From: a virus
Virus record (IMG/VR): IMGVR_UViG_3300012953_000001
Coordinates: 32,001 to 96,000 of that record
Direction: 5' to 3' (one strand)
Length of the DNA: 64,000 nucleotides
Below the pieces are notes generated by a model, which saw nothing but the letters and a program-made list of their open reading frames with translations, did no database searches and was not told the origin of the DNA. Positions within the stretch are counted from its first letter, which is position 1. Each line of letters begins with the position of its first letter. This document shows positions 18,029 through 27,190 of this stretch, piece after piece. The position numbers were made by a program, and so were the translations under genes.

Positions 18029-20058
18029 ATCTGCGCACCATCTGGACCTGTTCTGGGTGGTTTCTGCTCCGGTAAAGGTCTCATGGGTTTAACCCCCTGG
18101 CCTGATAGAGCATTGTTTACAAGCATGTATAGGTCTGGGTTGCTGGCTCTTAATTGGGCCAGCACCCTATACCTATCCACTTCATTCATTTTTTGTATCT
18201 CAGACGTGAGCTTTTTAGCCTGCGCGAACAGGTCTACCATTGGGCTCTGCCCCATTTGGGTAGGACTCTGTTCTGCCCCTTGGACTACGCCACCAGCCTG
18301 CTGCGCCTGTGGTGCTGCTTGTTGCTGCGCCTGCGCGGCATTCGGGTCTTGTTGCTGCGGGGCATCGCCTTGCTGTTGGGGTGGTGGTTGTTCCCCTCCG
18401 CCTTGTTGAGGTTGTCCCTGCCCCTGTCCTTGAGCGCCTTGCTCTTGTCCGGGAGCGCCCTGCTGCTCTTGTCCGGGAGGAGGACCATACTGCTGCTGCA
18501 TCTGCATCTGGTTCTCTTGCTGCATATTCTGCGACTCGATTTGATACCGAGTCTGTACAAGCATTGACTCTCCCTGAGCCTCTGTTTGTCGAATTTGCTG
18601 CTCCCGCTGGGTCAAGCCAAACATCTCTGCTTCTTTGTTGATCAGTTCAATCTCGTTGTCGAAATTGAAGTCTCGGGACTGCAAGAACGTGCGGCGACTG
18701 ATCATACCAGCGTTGGCCAAGTTCATATCAAAAGATGCCCGTTGAATGTCATCAGCCATCTTGAATGGTTTGAACTTCAACTTAATCTTGGGGAGGTTCA
18801 GGAAGTGCGCAACGCGGTCTCTAATGAACTCAACACACCGAAGCATATCCTGTCGGTTTCCTAAGAATTCATTCTCAAGAGCCCGAAGATTAACAGAGGC
18901 ACCGGAATACTGGGCCTCTCCGTAGAAGAATCCTGTGGGAACTCCCATACCTGCAATAATTTGATCACTGTAAATTCTCAGTTCTTGGTGTAGTAGTAAC
19001 GAACGGCCTTGGCCACCAACCATCTGGTAACCAACGGGAACGGGCATAACCGGTATGTGGTTATTGTCTTGTCGCCACCTACGGATTTGCCCCTGAACCT
19101 CTTTCTGCCAATCTTGTAAATTGATTTGTGAGTAAGGGTTGTTTCCGTCAGCGGAGATTTGCGGGAAGAGTACTCGCATTGGAACAACGTGCTCCATGGC
19201 GACAGCTTCCTGCGCTTTTCGTAAGACCTGTAAGAAGAATATGTCTTTGAGTACAGGTAGGATTAGAGGAGCGCCCCAACCACTGTCCGATGGGGATCTT
19301 GATATGGAAGGGCGTCGGCTATGGAAAATCTTATCGCTATCTAAAAGAATCGACTTCTTTTTACGTAGCGCATCAATAAATGCCTGGGGAATCGTCTCAA
19401 GGACATCTGGCTTACCCAGAGTAATGTCGTTCTTAAGCCCTCGGGGCATCTTGTAGTAGTACAAGTACTTGCCGGTAATCTCATTATATTTAATAATAAT
19501 GTGCTTTGGATTCCAGCGAATGAGGGAGATCTTAACTGCGGCTTTAACAGGTTCGTCTGTAACTCTGGCGGGTCCGAAGTGACCGCATTGTGGGCAGTCT
19601 AAGTGGAACTGGAGGCCCTTCCATTTATACCCCGTGCTATGTGCGGGACCATCCCAACCACAACTAGTGCACTTGAGTACTTTGGTAAACGGGAACGCGA
19701 TAGAGATGAAGGAGTTCCCGTAAGTATACCGGTCCAAGTTTGCTTCAATCAGAAAAGACCGGAGCAAGAACTGGTTCTCAAACAGTTCCTTGTACATACC
19801 GACAACGCCTTCGTTATCGTCTTCGTAAACCAAGTCAGTAATGGGGTAGGTAGCCAGCTTCTGGGTTACAGCGTTAACCAGGGGGTTGGTAAGCTGGTAA
19901 TAATGGCACCAGTCAAAGCACTCTTTAATTGTCTTTGGAATGTAGTTCTTGGCAACATCAAAGAAAGGACTCGGGTAAAACCCATCTGGGCGACCAACGG
20001 ACTTCGCCCTAGCTCCGCTAGAGGATAACCCATATCGTTGTGAACCATAATCTGCCAT
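18025..20058 (-). CDS. portal-like protein with Zn-finger insertion and Gln-rich C-terminal region
   Basis: NPLVNAVTQKLATYPIT, LDRYTYGNSFI, GWGAPLILPVLK and QIIAGMGVP match portal architecture; CTSC...CPQC insert; poly-Q/G tract. Confidence 0.75.
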   Translation of the reverse strand: MADYGSQRYGLSSSGARAKSVGRPDGFYPSPFFDVAKNYIPKTIKECFDWCHYYQLTNPLVNAVTQKLATYPITDLVYEDDNEGVVGMYKELFENQFLLRSFLIEANLDRYTYGNSFISIAFPFTKVLKCTSCGWDGPAHSTGYKWKGLQFHLDCPQCGHFGPARVTDEPVKAAVKISLIRWNPKHIIIKYNEITGKYLYYYKMPRGLKNDITLGKPDVLETIPQAFIDALRKKKSILLDSDKIFHSRRPSISRSPSDSGWGAPLILPVLKDIFFLQVLRKAQEAVAMEHVVPMRVLFPQISADGNNPYSQINLQDWQKEVQGQIRRWRQDNNHIPVMPVPVGYQMVGGQGRSLLLHQELRIYSDQIIAGMGVPTGFFYGEAQYSGASVNLRALENEFLGNRQDMLRCVEFIRDRVAHFLNLPKIKLKFKPFKMADDIQRASFDMNLANAGMISRRTFLQSRDFNFDNEIELINKEAEMFGLTQREQQIRQTEAQGESMLVQTRYQIESQNMQQENQMQMQQQYGPPPGQEQQGAPGQEQGAQGQGQGQPQQGGGEQPPPQQQGDAPQQQDPNAAQAQQQAAPQAQQAGGVVQGAEQSPTQMGQSPMVDLFAQAKKLTSEIQKMNEVDRYRVLAQLRASNPDLYMLVNNALSGQGVKPMRPLPEQKPPRTGPDGAQI

Positions 20059-20067
20059 CTGTTACTC

Positions 20068-20736
20068 CTACGGAACCAGCTTCTTTAGCTGCGTGAGTAA
20101 TGCCCTAGAGGAAGATTCAAGGAAGTCTTTCACAGATGTCACCTTCATTAGCTGAACATCATCCTCGTTCTTACCATTAAATGTGGGTTTCCTTCGCATC
20201 TTCACCGCTTTTCGTATACTTTCTTGCCGCTGTCCACCCACGAATTTCGTTAGGTGTTTATTGCAGGGCTCCAAAGGTCCCGGGCCATAAGCCAGCCCGT
20301 GATCTAGCATAACAGCAGCTACATATTTATACACCTCATTAGATATATTTAAGTCTTCTTTTACTTGCGCCAATATATCTAGTGCTAATGCTGCCCTGTG
20401 CGGGGTGGGTTTTTGTATCAGGTCAAACCTTGGAGTTAGCCCTACAAAACCCATAGATACTTTCTCAAAGGTTTCCCACCGCTGGTACGGCTCATCAGAA
20501 ACGTGACACGTTCTAATGGCCTGAATCTTATTCTTGTTGATCTCTGAGATTGTGGTGTTCCACGTTCTCGCGATTTCCACCCAACAAGTTTCAGGCTCCC
20601 ACCCCAAATAATCTGAGCCGAACTCCTTCAGGAGCATCAAGTTCAGGATAAGCGGGTGCGTCTCACGGTTAGTAAACGCGTGTTTTGGTACGGTTGGTCC
20701 GCCTATTTGTGCAGCACTATCAGTTGTTACGTTCAT
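20068..20736 (-). CDS. hypothetical virion-module protein (222 aa)
   Basis: ORF coupled to neighbours; no recognisable family. Confidence 0.7.
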   Translation of the reverse strand: MNVTTDSAAQIGGPTVPKHAFTNRETHPLILNLMLLKEFGSDYLGWEPETCWVEIARTWNTTISEINKNKIQAIRTCHVSDEPYQRWETFEKVSMGFVGLTPRFDLIQKPTPHRAALALDILAQVKEDLNISNEVYKYVAAVMLDHGLAYGPGPLEPCNKHLTKFVGGQRQESIRKAVKMRRKPTFNGKNEDDVQLMKVTSVKDFLESSSRALLTQLKKLVP

Positions 20737-21718
20737 CGATCATCCGAGCAATAACCTGCTTGTGCGTATCTGGTAGGCTGTCAAGTACGGCCACCGGATC
20801 AGTGGTAAACTGCGTGGTGAAATCCTCACCAAAGGAGCTAGTTAACCTATCTGACCCGCCATTATCAACCCAAGACTTGATGTCATTGGGTTCGTACTCT
20901 CTTCCACCAATCTCAAGCGGTCGTGCAACGGACGCATTCTTCTCTACCGAAGTACCAAAAACTGTCTGGTACGGGTCCGGTATTACTCGGTTATACAGAT
21001 GTGTGACTCCGTGTCGGATATCGAAATCCGTTAAATCCTCGGCCAACTGGTCTGGATCTGCGGAGGCGGACTTAACCATTAATGCCTCCAACTCTGCCAC
21101 GCCGTCTCCGCCAAGAACTGCCATTCTTCGCGTGTCGATTCCCACACGGAAATCCGACCCAAGCTCAGCGCGACCGTAGTCCTGCATATCATCTGTTAGT
21201 AGGTCGTTGAACACGCCTGCCTCTTTGACCTGCATCATCAATCGGCGTTTCCCTCGCGGGGAGCAAGAGTCAAAAGCATCCTTCATGACTTCCCACTGAC
21301 TGTCACCGCTCACGCCAAACAAGGACTCCAGCCCTCTATCTTCGGCCTCACCGCTGTAACCAAGTTCCATAGCGGCGGTTTTGGTAAGGTCCTCTGGGGG
21401 TGTAAATCCAAAAGAAACCAACGCTTCGCTTAATTTCTGCGCTGCCTCTTTTTGCAAGGGCTCTGGGAGGGCTCCCCCATGCTCAGAAAAGTACAGTGCG
21501 GAGGCAATGGTATTCCCAGCGTCTACAATAGGTAGTTTACGCGCTTGACCCTGCGGAGTATCTACAACAAGGGCGTAGTCACCGTCTTTAGTGGCGTTAC
21601 TATTCGAAAGGTCTGCGGCTACCTTAACAATATGGGGGATCCCTCGCTCAGAAAACTCTCTGCGAAGTAATAATCCACCATCATCGTAATGGTCTAGAAC
21701 TGCTGGTAATTGATTCAT
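20720..21718 (-). CDS. putative internal head protein with six K-x-A motifs
   Basis: VKVAA, QKEAA, TKTAA, VKEAG, VKSAS, EKNAS; start reassigned to MNQLP (GGGAG RBS). Confidence 0.7.
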   Translation of the reverse strand: MNQLPAVLDHYDDGGLLLRREFSERGIPHIVKVAADLSNSNATKDGDYALVVDTPQGQARKLPIVDAGNTIASALYFSEHGGALPEPLQKEAAQKLSEALVSFGFTPPEDLTKTAAMELGYSGEAEDRGLESLFGVSGDSQWEVMKDAFDSCSPRGKRRLMMQVKEAGVFNDLLTDDMQDYGRAELGSDFRVGIDTRRMAVLGGDGVAELEALMVKSASADPDQLAEDLTDFDIRHGVTHLYNRVIPDPYQTVFGTSVEKNASVARPLEIGGREYEPNDIKSWVDNGGSDRLTSSFGEDFTTQFTTDPVAVLDSLPDTHKQVIARMIDERNN

Positions 21719-21724
21719 GATGTC

Positions 21725-21764
21725 TCCCACAAGGGCTTGAATGTTTTTGGTATAAGCAAATCGG
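21725..21764 (+). promoter_or_regulatory. putative phage promoter, copy 3 (replication operon)
   Basis: GGTATAAGCAA at 21749-21759, with CCA at the position where other copies have GCA; lies in the divergent intergenic gap. Confidence 0.45.
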
Positions 21765-21803
21765 AAAGCCCCAAACTTTTTCTAACTCAAAAACCCGGAG
21801 GTT

Positions 21804-22082
21804 ATGATGGACAATAATAAAAGATGTACGCTCAAGGTGGAAGTACCACGTAAGCGTCCCGAACTCAAAGATGTACTTCTAGAGGCTGGCTTGCAAGGCC
21901 TCAAAGAAGCAGCCAGTGCTCTTGCAAATAGTTTATCACGTAATGATGATAACAGCCGTAATGTTAAATTGACAATCGATGTACCAAAAATCAATGTAGG
22001 TTCCTCGGCTTCAGACGACAATGTCGATACCTCAAATACTGAAGATCGGCAAGAACCTTCAGATGAAGATGAGGAGTGTTGA
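21804..22082 (+). CDS. hypothetical protein (92 aa, acidic tail)
   Basis: GGAGG RBS; first gene of the plus-strand block. Confidence 0.65.
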   Translation: MMDNNKRCTLKVEVPRKRPELKDVLLEAGLQGLKEAASALANSLSRNDDNSRNVKLTIDVPKINVGSSASDDNVDTSNTEDRQEPSDEDEEC

Positions 22083-22519
22083 TGGCCCAATTAACTAGGT
22101 TTGGTCAGGTAATAAAGAAATTAAGAGACTCTTCTGGATATACGTCCAGAAGGAGTTTCGCCATTGATTGCGGATTATCTGCGGAAACTATACGTAATTA
22201 TGAGTCTGGTAAGGCGCTCCCTTCTAACCAAGCACTCATGCAAATGCTCAAAGTTTTAGAGCTAGAGTTGTCCTCTAATGAGGCTAAAGAGGTTATTGCC
22301 TCCTTGCATGAAGCTCGAAGAAGTAGGGCCGTAGGCAATAAAAGGTCCTACGGAGCAGCGGCAAATTTAGAACTAAGTAAGTACCTAAGTGATTCAAATG
22401 TCTCTGAGGAAAAGATAGAAGCACTAATATCTCTGTTTCTGGAGTATATCAACCCTGATAGACAGAGTGATAGTTTCATGTATTTCTTAAGACAGAAGAT
22501 AACAAAGATATTGGAGTAA
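22082..22519 (+). CDS. XRE/Cro-C1-type HTH transcription regulator
   Basis: IKKLRDSSGYTSRRSFAIDCGLSAETIRNYESGKALPS; start at ATG 22082 after GAGGAG. Confidence 0.85.
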   Translation: MAQLTRFGQVIKKLRDSSGYTSRRSFAIDCGLSAETIRNYESGKALPSNQALMQMLKVLELELSSNEAKEVIASLHEARRSRAVGNKRSYGAAANLELSKYLSDSNVSEEKIEALISLFLEYINPDRQSDSFMYFLRQKITKILE

Positions 22520-22523
22520 CTAT

Positions 22524-23927
22524 ATGATGTACCTCCCCGAACTGGACGGAGGGGCCCGCATTCTGGATGAGGCTTTTGCCTCCGCCAGCATGTGGATTCC
22601 AAAAAGTATGGTAGAAAACCGTGACGCATTTATTCGTGCAACAACGGTACGTACCGAGAATTCACGCACCGGAGAGGTCAAAACAATCTCTTTGGCCCAC
22701 AGCCGCAAAAATCACCTAGTGGTCGCTAGGCACCTATTCACAGAAGAAGAGTGGGAGTCTCGACTTGGGAATTGGAGTATTCCCGCTATGGAGATTTTCT
22801 GGGATAACTTTGACTTCGGGGACAAAATATCTCCGAGGGATAAGTCCCAAAAGGAGGCGTGGGAGGCATTTTCAACCGCAGAGAATGGGGTTCTAAACCT
22901 TGCTTGCGGTAAGGGCAAGACAGTGATGGCCCTAAAGAAGATCGCTCAACGCGGCCATCCAGCCATAGTCATTGTTAATAATAGAGGGCTAATGGATCAG
23001 TGGCGGGAGCGGGCCTGTGAATTTCTTGATATCGATGAGAAAGATATTGGTATTGTTCAAGGCCCCAAAGCTGAGTGGGATAAGCCTCTTGTGCTGGCAA
23101 TGATTCATTCGTTAGCCAATCATGCAGAGCGTGGTCTAGATATGGACCACAGGCTTAGGTTTGGTACGGTAATATTTGATGAGGTTCATCACTTAAGTGC
23201 CACCAAGTTTAGCCAGACTGCTGATTTATTTCTCGGTAATAGATACGGATTGACTGCTACCCCTACCCGGGAAGACGGTTTGGAAGATGTGTACTACGCA
23301 CATATCGGAAGAATCTTTCACAGTGATTTGGTGGGTGATCTAACTGCGAAGATATTCTTCGTAAAGATACCAACTCCTCTCCCCCCAAATGAGTCAATCA
23401 TACAAGATAAAACTGGAGAGTTCTCTGCTCCCAAAATGTATACGTATCTCGCTAATAACGAGGAAAGGAACTGTAGAATCTTGAAGTGTGTTTGTGATGC
23501 ACTAGACAAAGGTCGAAAGATCTTAGTACTGGCCCACAGTAAAGCGCACCCCCAAATTCTACAGGATAAATTTCTCGACAATAAGCGTATGAAAGGATAT
23601 ACAAGCGGCGTCGTTACTGGAGATACCTCCGGTGGGGACCGCACCAAGATAATCAGAGACTCTGATGTTGCGTTTGCAACTTTCCAGGTGGCTAAGGAAG
23701 GACTCGACGTTGCTGAGTTGGACACATTGTTATTCGCTACCCCATTCAAGTCTTGGGGCGCTTTCCAACAAGGGAAGGGGCGTATCGAACGACAGTTCAA
23801 TGGCAAAAAAGATCCTATCGTCCTGGTCATGGATGACACATACATCGGAGCATCTACCAACATGTGCCGAGCGCTTAAACGAGGAATTGTACAGAATGGA
23901 TTATCTTTCAAAACCGTCGAAGGATGA
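22524..23927 (+). CDS. superfamily II helicase (UvsW/ResIII/A18-like)
   Basis: LACGKGKT, IFDEVHH, GLTATP, EGLD, QGKGRIER. Confidence 0.9.
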   Translation: MMYLPELDGGARILDEAFASASMWIPKSMVENRDAFIRATTVRTENSRTGEVKTISLAHSRKNHLVVARHLFTEEEWESRLGNWSIPAMEIFWDNFDFGDKISPRDKSQKEAWEAFSTAENGVLNLACGKGKTVMALKKIAQRGHPAIVIVNNRGLMDQWRERACEFLDIDEKDIGIVQGPKAEWDKPLVLAMIHSLANHAERGLDMDHRLRFGTVIFDEVHHLSATKFSQTADLFLGNRYGLTATPTREDGLEDVYYAHIGRIFHSDLVGDLTAKIFFVKIPTPLPPNESIIQDKTGEFSAPKMYTYLANNEERNCRILKCVCDALDKGRKILVLAHSKAHPQILQDKFLDNKRMKGYTSGVVTGDTSGGDRTKIIRDSDVAFATFQVAKEGLDVAELDTLLFATPFKSWGAFQQGKGRIERQFNGKKDPIVLVMDDTYIGASTNMCRALKRGIVQNGLSFKTVEG

Positions 23928-24576
23928 TCTTAAGTCATATCTACACACATTCAACAACTGTACAGCGTGCAGACTTCATAAGAACAAAAAGGGTTTAATC
24001 CTTGGACGAGGGAGCATCCACGCGTCTGTTGTTGTGTTGTTAGATAGGTCGAGTGTTCGCGCCGCATATAGTGGAAACATTATGGACGGCGGTGAAGGAC
24101 AAACGCTTCAACAAGTCTTACGATTTGTAGCGGAAGATTATCCAGTAATACGTGAAAATTTCCTTTGGGTAACCCCCGTAACTATCTGCCCTACACAGAG
24201 GCCCGGAAAGCAAGAGATGCTACCGACGCCTACTGCCAAGGAGCAGGCAGCTTGCTTTGAAAGGTTATCTGGGGAACTACATCGCATACAGCCTGAAATC
24301 ATCATTGCTTGTGGTTCAGCCGCCTATAAGGCAGTTACTCCCACAGGAAGTGGTTCCTACGACGAGCGCGTAGGTAGGGTTGTAGAGGCATATATTAACG
24401 GTGATATTGGGAAATATCCGATACCCGTGATGGTGACTTATTCAATGAACCAACTGTTTCGGAATCCGACGCAAAATGTCGGAGGTGTATGGAATAAGAC
24501 AGTTGGCCACTTCAAACAGGCTGTATCAATAGCCGAAACTTTATTGAAAACAAGGAGGACCTCAAATGGGGTATAG
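23896..24576 (+). CDS. family-4 uracil-DNA-glycosylase-like protein with degenerate catalytic motifs
   Basis: CTACRL...GRG and two further Cys; PEIIIACGSAA; start reassigned to MDYLSK (GAGGA RBS). Confidence 0.75.
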   Translation: MDYLSKPSKDDLKSYLHTFNNCTACRLHKNKKGLILGRGSIHASVVVLLDRSSVRAAYSGNIMDGGEGQTLQQVLRFVAEDYPVIRENFLWVTPVTICPTQRPGKQEMLPTPTAKEQAACFERLSGELHRIQPEIIIACGSAAYKAVTPTGSGSYDERVGRVVEAYINGDIGKYPIPVMVTYSMNQLFRNPTQNVGGVWNKTVGHFKQAVSIAETLLKTRRTSNGV

Positions 24577-24997
24577 TTCAAAACAAACAGAAGCAAGAAA
24601 AGCAGTAGAGAAGTTCGAGGAGTCGCGACAAGCGATCCACACCTTCCTAGAAGAACACCCACAACTTATGGATATTTTTATCCCGTTGATGGACCAGTAC
24701 AATGTCAACCTGTCCGAAGCAAAACAGTTGGTGCGGAATCTTCCGGGTTCCGATAAGCTCTCTATCGGACCATTCACAAGAACCGCTCGTCCTAAGTCAG
24801 TTGTCTATGACGCCACAAAGGTTAACCCTGAAGTTTTGGGGCTACCGGGTGTCGTTAAGAAAATTGACGCAAAGGAAGTTGACCGATTGATTGTGGCTGG
24901 GACAATCTCCCATGCAGATGTAGAAGATGGGCAGTCTGAGGAGTTTGGCTCTGCCAGAGTTCTTGGTCCGAAAGAAATTGTATTGAAAGTTGTCTAA
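24566..24997 (+). CDS. hypothetical protein (143 aa)
   Basis: GGAGG RBS, coupled in operon. Confidence 0.75.
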   Translation: MGYSSKQTEARKAVEKFEESRQAIHTFLEEHPQLMDIFIPLMDQYNVNLSEAKQLVRNLPGSDKLSIGPFTRTARPKSVVYDATKVNPEVLGLPGVVKKIDAKEVDRLIVAGTISHADVEDGQSEEFGSARVLGPKEIVLKVV

Positions 24998-25000
24998 CCA

Positions 25001-25453
25001 ATGGCTGGCTATAAAAAGAAAGCCGTGGCTGACACCCCCTCACTAGCTGAGGGGTTTGCCACCCTGCGACGTACCACGGTAAAGAGTTGGGGTTCTAAAG
25101 ATGACATTCAAAGTGAGGATGAAAGAATGGAAGAACAAATTCCTGTAAAGTCGTTGGTCTCTGGAGACCCTGCCGCTGCTGCGTCTGTTACCGCTAGTGT
25201 GTCCACTAAGATGTCAGACGCTGTGTATTACCCGCCTAACGGTACTTGGGACAAAATCCCATATAGCGTAGAGGTATTTTCAAGCGTGACCTTAAAGTGT
25301 GATCAAGATTCCGACACCATTAAGTCGGCCCATGAGATGGCTTATGATCTCGCATGGGACTCATCTAGGGAGCATATTTTGAAAGCAGTTGCGGGACACA
25401 CGGTAGATATTAAACAACGTCTCTGCCCAGGCTACTTCTCGGAAGAGGGGTAG
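25001..25453 (+). CDS. hypothetical protein (150 aa)
   Basis: ORF packed in operon. Confidence 0.7.
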   Translation: MAGYKKKAVADTPSLAEGFATLRRTTVKSWGSKDDIQSEDERMEEQIPVKSLVSGDPAAAASVTASVSTKMSDAVYYPPNGTWDKIPYSVEVFSSVTLKCDQDSDTIKSAHEMAYDLAWDSSREHILKAVAGHTVDIKQRLCPGYFSEEG

Positions 25454-25457
25454 TCTT

Positions 25458-25757
25458 ATGGCGGACTTATTGAAGTGCAACATAGATTCCCTGCACGCTC
25501 ATAGCATTGAGGTTTTTAGTTCAGATGCCGCTGGTAGTCATGCGGTTATCAAAGCTAAGATCGGCTTTAGCGTTGCAGGGAAACCTGTTGGAGAAGTATC
25601 TGTAGATGGTTTAGAGCAAAATGAAGATGTCATAGAGGCCGCAAGATTACTTGTTGCTGCTGTGGAGAAAGCTTTTGCGCCGACCGTAGGCATTATAAGC
25701 GAACTAGACGAAAAGAAACCGGAAGAAAACCCGCCTGCGGGCATCACCGATTTCTAG
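25458..25757 (+). CDS. hypothetical protein (99 aa)
   Basis: ORF packed in operon, GAGGGG upstream. Confidence 0.7.
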   Translation: MADLLKCNIDSLHAHSIEVFSSDAAGSHAVIKAKIGFSVAGKPVGEVSVDGLEQNEDVIEAARLLVAAVEKAFAPTVGIISELDEKKPEENPPAGITDF

Positions 25758-25775
25758 CGACAACATGGAGGTCAC

Positions 25776-27188
25776 ATGGCATCAAACTGGGAGTTGCAAC
25801 TTATTGCGTCAATTGTACGAGGGGAATCGCCAGCCGACCTTTTCGAAAGCGCTCAGAAAGAAGGTATCACCTTCCGCACATTCGGAGGCATGGAGGCGAA
25901 AACCTTATGGGCAACCATAGACGCGCACTATAAACGACCTAAAAATTTTGGTCACGTACCCAGCGAACAAGCATTAGGGGAGCAGTTCCCCTCACTGGAC
26001 CTGCCAAAGCCTGTTGAAAACTTTCTAGACCTTTGTGGAAAGATTAGAGACGGACATCTCAGAAGAGAGGCAGAGACAGCATTAAATAAGTATCTGAGCG
26101 ATATTGAGCCTAGTAAAGGTGCCGAGGTTGTTAGTAAGCTCCATGAGCATCTAGGACAGCTTCTAGAGCAAGCGGTAGCTGACAACGACGTTTGCTTTTC
26201 CAAGGTAGCTTTTCAGGAATGTGTGGATGAACTCCAATCTGTGGAGTCCTCCAGCGGCATGACTGGAATGCCTTGGCCTTGGGCGAGGCTAAATGCTGCT
26301 ACCCAGGGTATTCAACCCGGTGATTACATCATGGTCTGGGCTTTGCCTAAGAACATGAAAACTTGGTTTGGGTTGGTGATTGCTGCGTACCTTCTCGAAA
26401 CGGGTCGTAGAGTTCTTATCTACTCTAAGGAAATGACTTGGGACGCAGTTAGAAGACGGCTTGCTTGTATTATCGCAAAAGTAAATTACACAAAACTAAA
26501 AGAGGGTAGCCTGTCCTCTGCTGAGACTGAGCAATACTTACAAAAACTAGAAGAGATATGCGACCCTCAATTTCCTGGGGATGTCTGGTTCACGCAAGCT
26601 GACCGTGCAGACGGTAGTGTTGGTGGTCCTGACGATATCCGTAGGAAGATAGAGGTGTTTCGTCCTCACTTTGTATTGTTGGACTCTGCTTACATGCTGG
26701 AGCTTCCTGGTTCTGGTGCGAGTGCTTTGGACTGGAAACAGATGTCTATCGTCAATAGGCGCTTAAAGCAGATTGCAAAAACCACAGGGATACCAATGCT
26801 GGCTATCCTACAGGAGAACGAAAGAAGTGCGTATAAGTATTCAAAGTCTAGGGGGACAGCTTCCTTGGCTATGAACACTGGTGCGGTCATGGACTGTGAT
26901 GTTGGTATCCGGTTGGTCTATCACAAGCGTCGGGAAGAGATCTCTATCCACCTTGCCGCTGCTCGTGAAACGACTGACGAAGGATTCACGATCAACGCCC
27001 TAGCGGCTGAGAACTTTAACTACGCACACGACGGGCTGTATACGCTCGCAGACGTTCAAGAAGAAGAGGAAGAAGTGTCCCTTCCAGAAGGGGTGTCCGA
27101 TCAACCTACAGTTGACGAATCGGTCACCAGCCCTTTAATGGCCATTAGTAGAGATCGTGATGAGATCGATGATGACCTTGGGTTGTAG
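25776..27188 (+). CDS. dnaB: DnaB-like (SF4) replicative helicase
   Basis: TGMPWPWARLNAATQGIQPGDYIMVWALPKNMKTW, LIYSKEM, VLLDSAY, DCDVGIRL; next to the primase. Confidence 0.8.
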   Translation: MASNWELQLIASIVRGESPADLFESAQKEGITFRTFGGMEAKTLWATIDAHYKRPKNFGHVPSEQALGEQFPSLDLPKPVENFLDLCGKIRDGHLRREAETALNKYLSDIEPSKGAEVVSKLHEHLGQLLEQAVADNDVCFSKVAFQECVDELQSVESSSGMTGMPWPWARLNAATQGIQPGDYIMVWALPKNMKTWFGLVIAAYLLETGRRVLIYSKEMTWDAVRRRLACIIAKVNYTKLKEGSLSSAETEQYLQKLEEICDPQFPGDVWFTQADRADGSVGGPDDIRRKIEVFRPHFVLLDSAYMLELPGSGASALDWKQMSIVNRRLKQIAKTTGIPMLAILQENERSAYKYSKSRGTASLAMNTGAVMDCDVGIRLVYHKRREEISIHLAAARETTDEGFTINALAAENFNYAHDGLYTLADVQEEEEEVSLPEGVSDQPTVDESVTSPLMAISRDRDEIDDDLGL

Positions 27189-27190
27189 CT

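Noticed and set aside
21738-21756. Sigma70 -35/-10 pair (TTGAAT...TATAAG)
   Set aside because: Spacing is only 7 nt; better explained by the GGnATAAG motif
22830-23090. Additional GGGATAAG matches inside the helicase gene
   Set aside because: Intragenic, and lack the following AA and the upstream GCA element; probably chance matches
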